Shown piece after piece: positions 1-13,783 of a stretch of DNA of 64,000 nt (within the stretch, counting starts at the first letter, position 1; each line of letters opens with the position of its first letter). Below the pieces are notes generated by a model. The model saw only the letters and a list, made by a program, of their open reading frames with translations. It did no database searches and was not told where the DNA came from. The position numbers and the translations under genes are program-made. Source of the stretch: Salpingoeca rosetta (lineage: Eukaryota > Protista > Choanoflagellata); NCBI GenBank assembly GCA_033442325.1, contig JAWQFM010000025.1, positions 36,635-100,634 on the forward strand, read 5' to 3'.

Positions 1-204
1 CAGAAAACAAAAGGGAAGGAATAAGACATGCTGCACCCCATCCATCCCTCTTCCTCACACCACCACCACACACCATCGTCCTCTGTCACCAGCCAGCCAC
101 ACCACACCACACCACACCACACTCACCCAGCATCCCCCACCACACATCATCCCATCCATCCATTCATCCAACACACTCCTCCGTTTTCCCTCTTCTTCTC
201 GCCC

Positions 205-1161
205 TCACCTGCTGCTGCTGGTGGTTCCAACCGAAAATGCAACTTGTGCTGTCGCCACCTGTTCCCAGCAGCAACCGCCAGCAGCAGTGGGCGATGGGTT
301 GGTTGGCTGGTTGGTTGGTTGGTTGGCTGGTTGGTTGGTTGGGGAATGTGTTCAGCAGCAAGTGATGGTGGTGCATTCTCTGCCGCTGCTGCATCGGCGG
401 TAGAGGGTGTGTTGGCTGCTGCTGTTGTTGTTGTGATGGCCGCCAGGGAGGGCGAGAAAGAGAGGGAAAGACGAACAGTGACTGCAAGGTGGAGAATGTG
501 CAGGGGTGCAGGCAGTTGTGTGTGTGAGAACGAAGAGAGACAGCGCACCAAGCAAGGCAAAACAGGCAGCCACACCACACACATGCATGCGCAATGATGT
601 GGAGCAACAAGGGGAGACAGGAGCAACAAAGACAACGAGCACAAACACGCACACTGGTGCGGTGTTCACCACACTCACACACATACATGTACAGTGATGC
701 ACTCACGTTGTTCATCGCTTGCTTGCTTGCTTTGTGGTGTGGTGTGAGCTGCTGCTGCTGCTTCCACAGCCGCACAAGCGTGGCTGGACGGTCAGTCACA
801 TGGCAGCGCCCGTCTGTTCATCCCACCAGAGCAGTGGTGGTTGGTGCAGGAGGGGGTGACAGCTGCTGGCTCAAGGGCCCTATGTGTGGCGACAGCAAAA
901 AGAAGGAAGGGGAAACGAGCAAGGGAGGAAGGTGGTGGTGGTGTTGAGGATGAGAGGAAAGGGTGTGGGCAAGAAAATGAGGAGGCGGTGATGATGGCGT
1001 GTGGGTGGGTGGAGAAGACAACCCGCACGCCGACACACACACACACACACACACACCTGCCTGGGTGATGCAGTGGTTCGATCACCATTCATCCGTCAGC
1101 ATGTAGTCATTGTTGGTTGGTTGGTGGGAGTTGCCCACTGGCTCGCGCATCAGCCAGCACC

Positions 1162-1194
<33 letters not shown>

Positions 1195-1318
1195 AATACA
1201 TTCATCTGCACGCACCACAAACAAACAAGCAACAACGGCAGCAGTGAGTAGCCTGTCACAGACAGACACAGAAAGAAGAAAGACAGGAGGAGGAGGATGA
1301 GCAGAAACACAACACCGT

Positions 1319-1370
<52 letters not shown>

Positions 1371-1510
1371 TGGCTGTGATGGTGGTTGATGTCATTTCCC
1401 CCCCCCCCTCTGTCATGTGTGTGCTGCTCACTGGTTGAGAGGAAGCATGATCCATTCTCAGGGCTGCCCCTGCACGACGGTGGCTGCTGGCAGTTGTTCT
1501 GTCACCACAC
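205..1510 (-). pseudogene. Possible degenerate WD40-like gene fragments
   Basis: Short minus-strand segments, some ending at GT donors, read LLLGTGGDSTSCIFGWN, TTALVG*TDGRCHVTDRPATLVRLWK and DYMLTDEW*SN. They resemble WD40 strands and contain in-frame stops; weak evidence. Confidence 0.2.
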
Positions 1511-1947
1511 AACGGTGAGTGTGTGTGTGTGAGAGTGTGCATTGGTGTGTGCCACACGCAGTGGTGTGTGTTGGTTGTGATCCAATCACTCATGCACGGA
1601 TGGATGGATCGATGGTGGTCCACATGTGTGTGTGGCTGTGTGTGCACGATGACAGCGTGCGCTGTGTTGTTGTTGTTGATGGTGGTGGTGGTGGTGGTTG
1701 CTGTGCGCAGTGTGCAAGGGGAAGAAGGGGAAGAGGAGGAGCACGAAGTGGGAGGAAGAAGTGGGAGCACTCCATCTCACCCTCACCTGTCGATGGATGG
1801 GTCATTCATGTGGTCGTTGGTTGGTTGGTTGGTTGGTTGGTTGTGCGTGGTTCATCACAGGAGAAGGAAATGGACAACGATGGAAGGAAGGAAAGAAGGA
1901 TGGAAGGGAGAAGGGGAGGAGAGAGACGGTGTGCACACCCTCCCTGC

Positions 1948-1997
<50 letters not shown>

Positions 1998-2390
1998 GTG
2001 CGTCAGCGAGGACGACGAAGGGAAGGAAAGGAAGGAAGAGAAGGAACGTGGCACGCACAACCACCAATGTGTGTGTGTGTGTGCACGAACCAATGACACA
2101 TCCCCCACCTCACTCCACCTCACCTCATCTCACCTGCCTGTCAGCGATGACGACGACCATGATCACCATCACCATTCCCACCACCATCACACACACACCA
2201 GCTGCTCAGCAGAAGAAGAAGAATGAAGCAACGGCGAGTGGATTGGTTGGTTGGTTGGTTGGAAAGCAGAATCGGTTGTTTGCTCGTTTCTGCTTGCTGC
2301 TGCTGGTTTTTGGTGTGTGTGCGATTTTCCTCTTCTTCTTGCTTGCTTGCTGGCTCTGCGTTGATAAATTGCTTGCCTTTCACCGCTCTC

Positions 2391-2510
2391 GGCAACGCTC
2401 ATACCAACGGGATCACGCCCGCTCTCGTCCGATCGCGGAAGCTAAGCCCGTTTGGGCCCGTTCAGTACTGCCGTGGGTGACCAGGCGGGAATCACGGGTG
2501 ATGTTGCTAT
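2391..2510 (+). rRNA. 5S rRNA gene (single dispersed copy)
   Basis: GGCAACGCTCATACC...CTCGTCCGATCGCGGAAGCTAAGC...AGTACTGCCGTGGGTGACC...GGGAATCACGGGTGATGTTGCT is colinear with the eukaryotic 5S consensus and ~120 nt long. 5' GGCAAC pairs with 3' GTTGCT and internal helices are compensatory. Confidence 0.95.
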
Positions 2511-2515
2511 CTTCC

Positions 2516-2523
2516 TTTTTTTT
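2516..2523 (+). terminator. RNA polymerase III oligo-T terminator of the 5S gene
   Basis: Run of 8 T just after the 5S 3' end. Confidence 0.8.
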
Positions 2524-2742
2524 CTCTCTTCATATGGGGTGCTGTAGCTGCTGTGGCGCTTGCTGTCTCTCCTTCACTTCCCTCTTCTCTCTTGTCTTAG
2601 CTTGTTGCTTGGTTCGGTTTACTTCTTCTTCTTCTTCTTCTTTGCTTGCTGACTGAGTTGCTTCAACTTGGGGGTGACGAGGTGGTGGCGTGTGTTGGCT
2701 CATCTCCCTCTCTCTTGTTGCTTGACTGTAGCGTTGCTTTGC

Positions 2743-2780
<38 letters not shown>

Positions 2781-3176
2781 TTGCCTGACATCGTGTCTTC
2801 TCAACGCGTTTACTTCCATGTACTGACGCAGAGGAATCACACACAGGTGGGCTGAACTAATGAACTAGTGACAGAGCTGATCTTGGTTACGCTGTTAAGA
2901 CATCTTCGTCCTCTCCTCATCCTCCTCATCCTCATCATCACACGCAAACACATCACATGGGGGCATTGTCCTTGGCCGTCTTTCGTCGGTGGGCGAGGGG
3001 TGTTGCACCATACAGACTCCTGCATCACATCGTGTGGCGTGTCATTGGGCGTGTCGGACGCCAGCCCTTCCACTTGCATCTTCCCCCTGCGAGCATTTGT
3101 GTGTGTGTGTGTGCCCATGAAGGTGTTGGTGGTGGCAGCGAGATGTTGTGAGGTGACCGTGCTGATTCGCACCCCT

Positions 3177-5389
<2,213 letters not shown>

Positions 5390-5490
5390 GCGTGCTTGTG
5401 TCTGCTGTGTTCGTGCTGCGATCAGTGGTCAGACCCGTAGAGGAGGGTGTTGTGAGACAGCCAGCACGCCGTCTGCAGTGCCCACATGGC

Positions 5491-5745
5491 TCAACCGGTT
5501 TGCAGACTGTTGATGGTGGTCGTGTCAACCACTGCTGTTGTTGCTGCTGCTGTCACTGCTGTCACTGCTGTTGTTGATGGGCTGATGATGAGCACAGAGG
5601 TGGTGGGAGTTGCGTCAAAAGGAGGGATGCCGTAGCTGAGGCCGTTGCTGGCGACGACGCCACCTAACCCCAATCGCAGTTGCCAGTGCCCTTGCCGAGT
5701 GCATCTTGGATGCTGTTGCCAGACGGTGGGCTGATTGACAGTGTT
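5491..5745 (-). pseudogene. Degenerate fragment of the GGVLAPNG beta-propeller repeat family
   Basis: GKGTGNCDW[frameshift]LGGVVASNGLSYGIP...SVLIISPST...VDTTTINSL matches one blade of the intact genes at 36512 and 52306. Confidence 0.6.
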
Positions 5746-6189
5746 TGTGGCTTGTCACACATGTGTATGCAACGGGCCAAGAAGGAGACTTGTTTATGGT
5801 TGTTCGCTGCTTGCTGGCTGGCTTGCCGTGCACTTGTCGTGCTTTTGTCCCGGTCGCAAGCAGCACAGCAGTTGTTACCCCCTTCCCTTTCGTTCCTCCA
5901 CGCAGAGCACTGCTCCATCAAGCCGTTCGCCCCTGCCTGTGCGTATCTGTGCGTGTGTGTGTCTGTGCGTCCATCACACAGCAGTGAACCCCTTTCAACA
6001 ACAAAGCAGAAAGTGCTGACTCGGCACAATTCTGTTTGTGTTTGTGTTTTGTGGGGAAGAAGGCAAGAAGGAAGATGCGTGCAACGGCAGTGACAGTGCT
6101 GCTGTGGTTGGTTGGTGGCAGTGTGCTGTGTGCTGTGGTGCTGCTGCTCAGCCGCCGTGGCGAGCGTCGTCTCCATTGCACCAAGATCA

Positions 6190-6303
<114 letters not shown>

Positions 6304-6572
6304 CGACTTGCATGCCCATCCCCTCGTCCCATCGCTGCGCTCACCTACCAACACCTCTCCCCCCCCCTCCACATACACACACACTCGCACAGACCGCGCT
6401 GACAATCAAGACGTTTGCGTTTGCTGGCAACATGGCGCAGACATCCATGACGTGTGATGCGTGTGCCACGCTTCTGCTACACCTTCAACTTTTCCCCTCA
6501 AGCGCCGTTGAGTACGGCTACCAATGCTTCTTCTGCGAACACCCAAGCTGAATTCCACCGCGCAGTCTCGGC

Positions 6573-6612
<40 letters not shown>

Positions 6613-6996
6613 TGTGTGTCTGTGTGTGTCTGTGTCTGTGTGTGTGTGTGTCTGTGTGTGTGTCTGTGTCTGTGTGTGTGTGTGTGTGTCTGTAACGCTT
6701 TAATGTGTGCTAATATAATTCTCACCACCTCCCCCCCAACACTCGGAAGACCATAATCTCTCCATATGCATTAGTATGTTCTATGGATATAAATAATCTC
6801 CCCGATAAACATTACATAAAAAACAACCNNNNNNNNNNNNNNNNNNNNNNNNNNNNNNNNNNNNNNNNNNNNNNNNNNNNNNNNNNNNNNNNNNNNNNNN
6901 NNNNNNNNNNNNNNNNNNNNNNNNNNNNNNNNNNNNNNNNNNNNNNNNNNNNNNNNNNNNNNNNNNNNNNNNNNNNNNNNNNNNNNNNNNNNNNNN

Positions 6997-7045
<49 letters not shown>

Positions 7046-7126
7046 TGCTATGTCGGCTGCTTCTTGATCAAAGCTCCTGTCGCTCATTCCCTCCCTCCTC
7101 GTCCCCCACCGGTCTTTCGCTTCCAG

Positions 7127-8224
7127 GTCATATCCACGGAGATGCGCGCCTTCAACAATCTCAACTGGCACAGGGGTGGCGGCGTCTTGCAGACGATCGG
7201 ACTCACAGGTGCCCCCTTCATCACGTGTTGCTGATGCTGGTGCACACACCACACCCATGCGATCACTCTAGAACAGTCGCACGCATTGCCCCCAACCCCA
7301 ACCCCCTTCACACTCACACTCACTCACACACTCACTTTGCAGGCCCACGCCCTCGCCTTCACTGCACCCCTCTCTACCTCTGAGATCCCTTCTTGAGCGG
7401 CGATTGCGCTGTTGCTTACGTGGCCGGCTGCCAGGATGGCTCGGACAGGAAGTACGAAGAAAATGACAGCAGGTACGTGCACGCATCCAACCTCACACAT
7501 GTGTGTATGTAAATGCGCACAACCGTGTCAGCGACGCTGCGTCATTTGCACCCGTGGTCGCGGTCGTGTCATTTACACTGCTGTCACCACTCCATCGCGT
7601 TTTGTAGGTCTCAAACACGTTGACGCGTACTCGGTTGAGACAAACCGCATGGGATTCAACGGGAACATCTCCACCTTTGATCTCTGGGACACCGAGGTGT
7701 GCATGTGTGTGTGTGTATGTATGTGTGTGTGTGTGTCAGCTCGTGTACTTCCCATCAGAAGTTCTTGTCAGTTCGTCCACGCCACCATGCCTGCGCCATC
7801 TCTCTCACCTTCCACCTCCTAACCCCTAACCCACTCCTCTCTGCCATGTGTCTCATGTGCAGTGCAAGCACGGGCACTCACTGCCATGTGCTCGTTCGCC
7901 AGCATCAAATGTGTGTCATCGTGTGCGAACGCGATGCTGCTAAATGACGTCGTGCGCGGACAGTGGAAGCGTGACATAGTGACAGTTGGAACAGACTGCA
8001 GTGCGATTTGCAAACATGGTCAACGCCAACAAGTACGCCCGCGACCCCGTCGACGCCGTCGCGAAGACGCTGAACCGCGGCGCGGATATGGAGCTCGGGG
8101 AGACATACTTCACCACAACCGGCTACTTGGGGCAGGCTGTGCAGCACAACCGCATGACAATCAACACGGTGCACAACAACACCGTGCGGCGGGTCCTCAA
8201 GGATAGCTCCATCACGAGCCAACG
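7127..8224 (+). pseudogene. Glycoside hydrolase family 3 (beta-xylosidase/glucosidase-like), disrupted and partial
   Basis: Exons VISTEMRAFNN, *DPFLSGDCAVAYVAGCQ, LKHVDAYSVE..NISTFDLWDT, AMCSFASIKCVSSCANAMLLNDVVRGQW...GTDCSAI (nucleophile SDC-like motif), AVAKTLNRGADMELG. Stop at 7381 and frameshift near 8010; no C-terminal domains seen. Confidence 0.8.
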
Positions 8225-8244
8225 GTATGTTTACATGTGTTGGC

Positions 8245-8318
<74 letters not shown>

Positions 8319-8472
8319 CGTGCGTGTGTGTGTGCACGCTTGTCCTCAAAGTCTCCGATTAGTTTTGTGCCTCTGAGAAGATGAAGCGGTGCACGGTTCC
8401 TCAATACTCACAACCGTGTTGTCATTGCCTCTCATGCCATCCTCCCCTCCACCCCCACGCCCTCCCCTCCAG

Positions 8473-11250
8473 GCATCGATGAGTGCACGGCCTGCGGACG
8501 CAACCCTCACCTCCAATAACGGCCGCTGCATCAGCGAGTGCCCCGACGGCGGGCATGAGCTCGGCAACGGGTGTGCCGAATGCCAACTCCACGCGTGTGC
8601 CAAGTGCCACACCACCAGACGCCACCGACTGCCTCCTCTGCCACGGCAACCTCACCAGTCGTGCATTGCCCATTGCCCTCTCAACTACTACGCCAAGGAC
8701 CACCGCTGCGTGCCATGCACCACGTGCGGCATGGGTACCTGGGCCTCCACCCCATGCTCCTTGTCCTCTGACGCCGTCTGCTCCCCCCTGAACCGAGTGC
8801 AAGCCGGGCCAGAAGGAGTTTGTCTCTGGCAACGCCGTGCGCGACCGTGCATGCGTGAGCTGCACCCTTTGGCATGGAGTACCAGCCGCCGCCGGACCGC
8901 GCCTCGTGCTTACCCACCAGTGCGTGCGAGGAGCCCTTCATCGAGACCATCCCGCCCACGCTCACCACAGACTGCCTGTGCTCCTGCGACACACTCACCT
9001 GCAACAAGCTCATCACGCAGCTGTTTGAGGAGATGGTGTGCGCCGAGCCCATGGACGAGCAGCTCGACGTCGTGCTTGACGTGTGCTGCTCCGGCCAGGG
9101 CGAGGATGGCATCCGCGACACCATTCGCCAGATGGATGCCGACGAGGCACGCCGCTCCTGCACAGGCTGCACAGACACGTGCGAGTGCAGCGCAGGCTTC
9201 ATCCTTGTCTACGACGCCGACTCGGCCGACTGTCGGCCGTGCGACAGCGTGACGGAGTTCTCCCCATCCATTGGCGGCAGCAGGTGCGAGCCTACTGAGG
9301 AGTGCGAGCGCGGCCAGGAGGAGGTTGCCGCGCCAACCCGCTGCTCCTCGGACCGCGTGTGCCGCGACTGCCCGGCCGGCACCATCGACGAGGACAGTGA
9401 CGGCTCCGCGGGTTGCCAGCCAGATATGCCCCGCCGGCCACTGCACGGAGGCGGGCTCCCACGGCTCCTGCTCCACCTTCACTTGCCGCGCAGGTACGCG
9501 CGACCATCATGACAGCGACCCCGCCACCCCATGCAAGGACGTCACAGAGTGCGCGTCCGGGTTTGAGGAGGTGCAAGCCATGACACTCCTCATCAGCGAC
9601 CGTGTCTGCGACGAGTGCCCGGAGGGCACGTACAAGGCTGTCTGGCCAGGGCGTGCCCTGTCTCCCCGTCACCACGTGCGACGCCGGCGAGGAGGAGACG
9701 GTCAAACCCACCCCCACGAGCGACCGCGTGTGCGGCCAGTGCGAACTTGGCGCCACCTTCAAGCCCGTCGACGGCCAGGCCGAGTCGTGCCGCCCCGTCA
9801 CGCAGTGCGGTCCAGATGAGGAAGAGATATTCGCTTTGTGAACCCACGCGCCAGCGCGAACGTCTCTGCCGCAAGTGCGTCCAGGACACGTGCGTGCCCG
9901 TGTCGCGTTGCGCTGCCTCAGAGTACATGTCCACGCATGGCCGTGAGCAAGTGCGAGTTTGGCACGTTCCAGAAGCCAGGCGCCCACGCTCGACTCTGAC
10001 CGCGAGTGCGCGCTGGAGTGCTCCGAGTGCCCCAGCGGCCGCTTCGAGATTCGCGCCTGCTCCACGCTGGAGAACGTGCAGTGCGCTGGCTGCTCTGCGT
10101 GACCGCCGAACACATACATCCTGCGCGCCTGCAACTCAGAGAACGACGTGTCGTGCCAGCAGTGCAGCATGTGCTCCGATGAGCAGTACCGCAGCGCGCC
10201 ATGCACCGCCACCAGCAACGACACGGGAAAGTGCACGACGCTCGACGTGTGCGACTAGGACCAGTTTGAGCTCTTCCCCACCGCCACGCCAACCGCGGAC
10301 CGCATCTGCTGCGACCTGACCCAGTGCAACCCGTCGACGGAGTGCGAGCGCACCACCTGTGCCACCTCATCACCAAGTGCGACCCTGGCGAGCAGCGCAT
10401 CCGCGCCCACCTCCACCTCCAACACCAAGTGCGAGCTGTGCCCCATCGGCACCATCGACCACGACGGCAACCCGCTCACCGCCTGCCAGCCGTGCCTCCT
10501 ACGGCCACTATGTGCCTGCGGGATCCATCGGCTCCTGCGAGCAGTTCCTGTGCCCAGCCGGCACCGCCAACCTGGACCGCAACGCTAGCACGCTGTGCAC
10601 GCCGTGCCAGGTTGGCGTGGACTTTGCCGCCCTCTCTCTGGTCAGCGCGATTGCACACCTGTGGCGGAGTGCAACCTTGGCTACGAGGAGGTCGTGCGCC
10701 CTACTATGCGCCCCACCATCAACACGGACCACCAGTGCCGCCGCTGCATCGAGGGCCTGTTCTACTGCGACGGCAACATGGACTTCTGCACGCGCGGATG
10801 TCGCCCTGCGAGCCTGGCTCCTTTGCGACGGCTGCGCACACCATCAGCACTCACCGCGAGTGCCAGATGGCCCGCACGTGCCCCAACAACACCACGTTCA
10901 TCTCGCGCCCGCTCACGCCCACGCTGCAGAAATACAGGCATCTGCTCGCCGTAAATGCAGTGTCTGTCCAACGAGTACGAGCTCGTTGACACGCAGTCGC
11001 GCCGCGAGGCGTTTGAGGCCGCGCTGGTGCAGTCCATCAACATGACGCAGGACGCGTCGCAGATTCATTCTGCGCATCGACGTGCGCCAGGGCTCCGTCA
11101 TCGCCACCGTCGCTTCCCTCAACGAGGACATTACGGTGTGCCTCTTCAGCTTGTTCGTCTCTGGCGACATCACTGATATGGGCTCCACCGCATCGCAGTG
11201 CGAGGCCGACGCGTTCCTGGAACCTCGTCTCTTTGGTTGCACGGGTGCAC
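8473..11250 (+). pseudogene. Large Cys-rich surface protein (furin-like plus TNFR-like repeats, SEA-like end), heavily frameshifted
   Basis: Repeats such as CISECPDG, CVPCTTCGMGTWASTPCSLSSDAVC, EEVAAPT..SDRVCRDCPAGTIDEDSD and CRPVTQCGPDEEE jump between all three frames. Stops at ~9839, ~10100, ~10256; ends with an IDVRQGSVIATV SEA-like motif. Confidence 0.75.
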
Positions 11251-13783
11251 ACGCAATCCCACCCATCACACACACCAACTGCTGGAGCCTCTCACGCACG
11301 CACGCACACACGCGCACGCACGCACGCACACACGCGCACGCACGCACGCTTGCGATTACACGTGGACGCCGCATTGCCCCACCAGGACATCCACAGCAGG
11401 CATCATCATTGCACTTGATCGAGTGCTGTCAGCACTTGCCACCTTCACCTCCCACATCTTCATCATCATCCCAGCACTGCTGCAACCACCACCACCAACG
11501 ACAGCAAACTGCTCAAGGTATCGGATGCAGTTGACTCTTAGACCACCACGGCGTTGTTGGAAATGACCCTAACCCGGCGGCAGTGGTGGTGGTGGTTGTG
11601 GTAGTGCACGCCATGGTAACAGCACCGACAGCTGATGTGGTGGTGGTGGTGGTGGTGGTGTTTGCATTCCTCGCTGGTTCCAGCAACAGCAAGGAGGTGG
11701 CCATCGTGATTCTGGTGGGCACGCATGTGCTGGCTGTTGTTGGTGTCATGACTGGCAACAGCAGTTGTTGCGATGGGCGGAAACAGCGATGAAGAAGGAG
11801 GTGCATGTATGTGGGGTGCATGGCACGCAGTCACCCTTCCTTTCTGTGTGGTTGGCTGTGCAATTGGAGTGTGCGCACACCGATGACGGCCATGTCGTGA
11901 CGGCTGCCAATCAAATCACTTCCCACCTGAGAAACCACCGCATCTTGGCTGGTGCACGCGTGCGCCTCTTTCTTCCATCAGGCCGGCCATCGACAGAGCA
12001 GCGTTGCAGTGTGTCATGCGGTGTTTGATGATGTGTCACTGTTGTTGCCATTGCGTTGGCTGTTTGTTCACATGCACGCCGTGCATACTCAATTTCCTTC
12101 CCTCCTCCCTGCCTTCCTTTCTTCTTGCTGTTCTCTGCTCTGCCACTCTCCCTTGTCAGTGTTGTGTGTTTGGTTGCTGGTTGCCGTGTTGTGGTGGTTC
12201 CACTTTGCTTGTTCAATCGTTTCCCAACAGTACAGTGGGACAGAGCCAAGACATGAAGAAACGACAGCAACCCTCACACGGGCACACACGCAACACCAAC
12301 ACGCACATCCAAGCAAGAGAGGAAAGCAGAAACAGAACACAACACAGCTCAAGACAACAGCCACATGGCATGGTGCCACTTGCAGTGCAGCCAAACAACC
12401 AAGTACAAGGCGGTCTGCACCAACAACAACAACAAGGGCGCAGTCATCCACCATCCCTGTCAAACTCGTCACACACGCAATGTGTGTCAAGGGAGGCAAC
12501 CACTGCAGGGGCAAAGAAGACACACAAAGCGGGTCAGTCCACGGCGCTATTGTTGTTGTTGCTGTACTTGAACGCCTCGCACCAGTGCTTCAAGCACGTC
12601 CCTCCAGTGTCAGCTGCACTTGGTTGCCATCGTTGTCAGCTGGTGGTGCTGTTGTCGTGTGCACCGTGTCTCGCGGATGACCTGTGTGATGAAGCAGCAC
12701 GCATCCAGCACCACCACGACGGTGTCAGAGGGAAAGAAGTCGACGCTGCCGCGCACATCCATCAAGCTTGCTTGTGTGGTTCACAACACAAATCCACGCA
12801 CGTGCAAGGCAGTATCAGCAAGAGTGAGTGAGGGAGGTGTGTGTGTGGGTGTGGGTGTGCATCACAGCAGGTGAAGTGGAGAACGCGCATGAAGGAGCTG
12901 CCAGCAAGTCATCACATGGAAGCAAACCATCATCAGCCGCAACACACACGCGTGGATTCACTCACAAGCAAGGATGCCGCTGCCACTTGCCACTGCCATG
13001 GCCTCCTCATGCATCGACGATGCCGTCGCCAGCCAGTCCGCTAGCCATCCAGCTATCAGTCAGGAAGGGAGTGTCCAACATCGTGTGGGGGCAGCAGGCC
13101 AAGGAGGATCTTGCACGGTTCTTCTCGTGTGCTTCACACCACCACTTCCTCCTCCTTGTCACTCTCATCCCATGCTGGTGCTGGTGCTGCTGTGTTGGCG
13201 AGCAAAGAGGGGGAGATGGTCATTCCTTCTGGTTGCCACCACGTCGGCGAGCGTAGCCACTGCCGCTGATCCATGCATGGAGTGCAATGGTGGCTGATGG
13301 TTGGTTGGTTGAGTGTGGTTGGTTGAGTGAGATGAAGGAAGGATGGAACACGGGCTGAGGTGGAGGAAGGAGGAAGGAAGGAAGGGAAATGGTGCTGTGG
13401 GTGGTGGAGGTAGCAAGAAGCAAGAACAAGGGAAAAACAAACAAAGGAGAAGGACAGCTGGCTGGCTGCTTTGTGGAGGAAGATATGCACACTTCTGCAC
13501 GTGGCACGGAGCAGCAGCACTCTCACCAGAGCAGAGAAGAGAGAGGAGGGGAGAGGGGAGAGGAGAGAAGCAGAAGAGAAGGGAAGAAGCACCAAGCACT
13601 GCAAGAAGCAGGCGTCTGTGTGGGTTGTTTGGTTTGTGGTGTGTCCTCTCCAACTCCATTTCTGCGTCGTTCCAGTCACAACCCACAGCAGAGGTCACAG
13701 CACCCCAGCCAAACAAGCAACAAGCAAGCAACAGAAGAGAGCAGAGAGGGAGGAGGAGAACAGACAAGGAGGAGACAGGGCAG

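Noticed and set aside
6394-6573. Exon-like segment upstream of the GH3 fragments
   Set aside because: It contains a stop, has no recognisable family motif and is separated from GH3 by a gap.
6695-6828. AT-rich anomalous stretch
   Set aside because: It sits at a contig end next to an N-gap and is probably low-quality sequence.
11500-13400. Short coding-like fragments (e.g. VVVVLDACCFI on the minus strand)
   Set aside because: They are too short and interrupted to assign.
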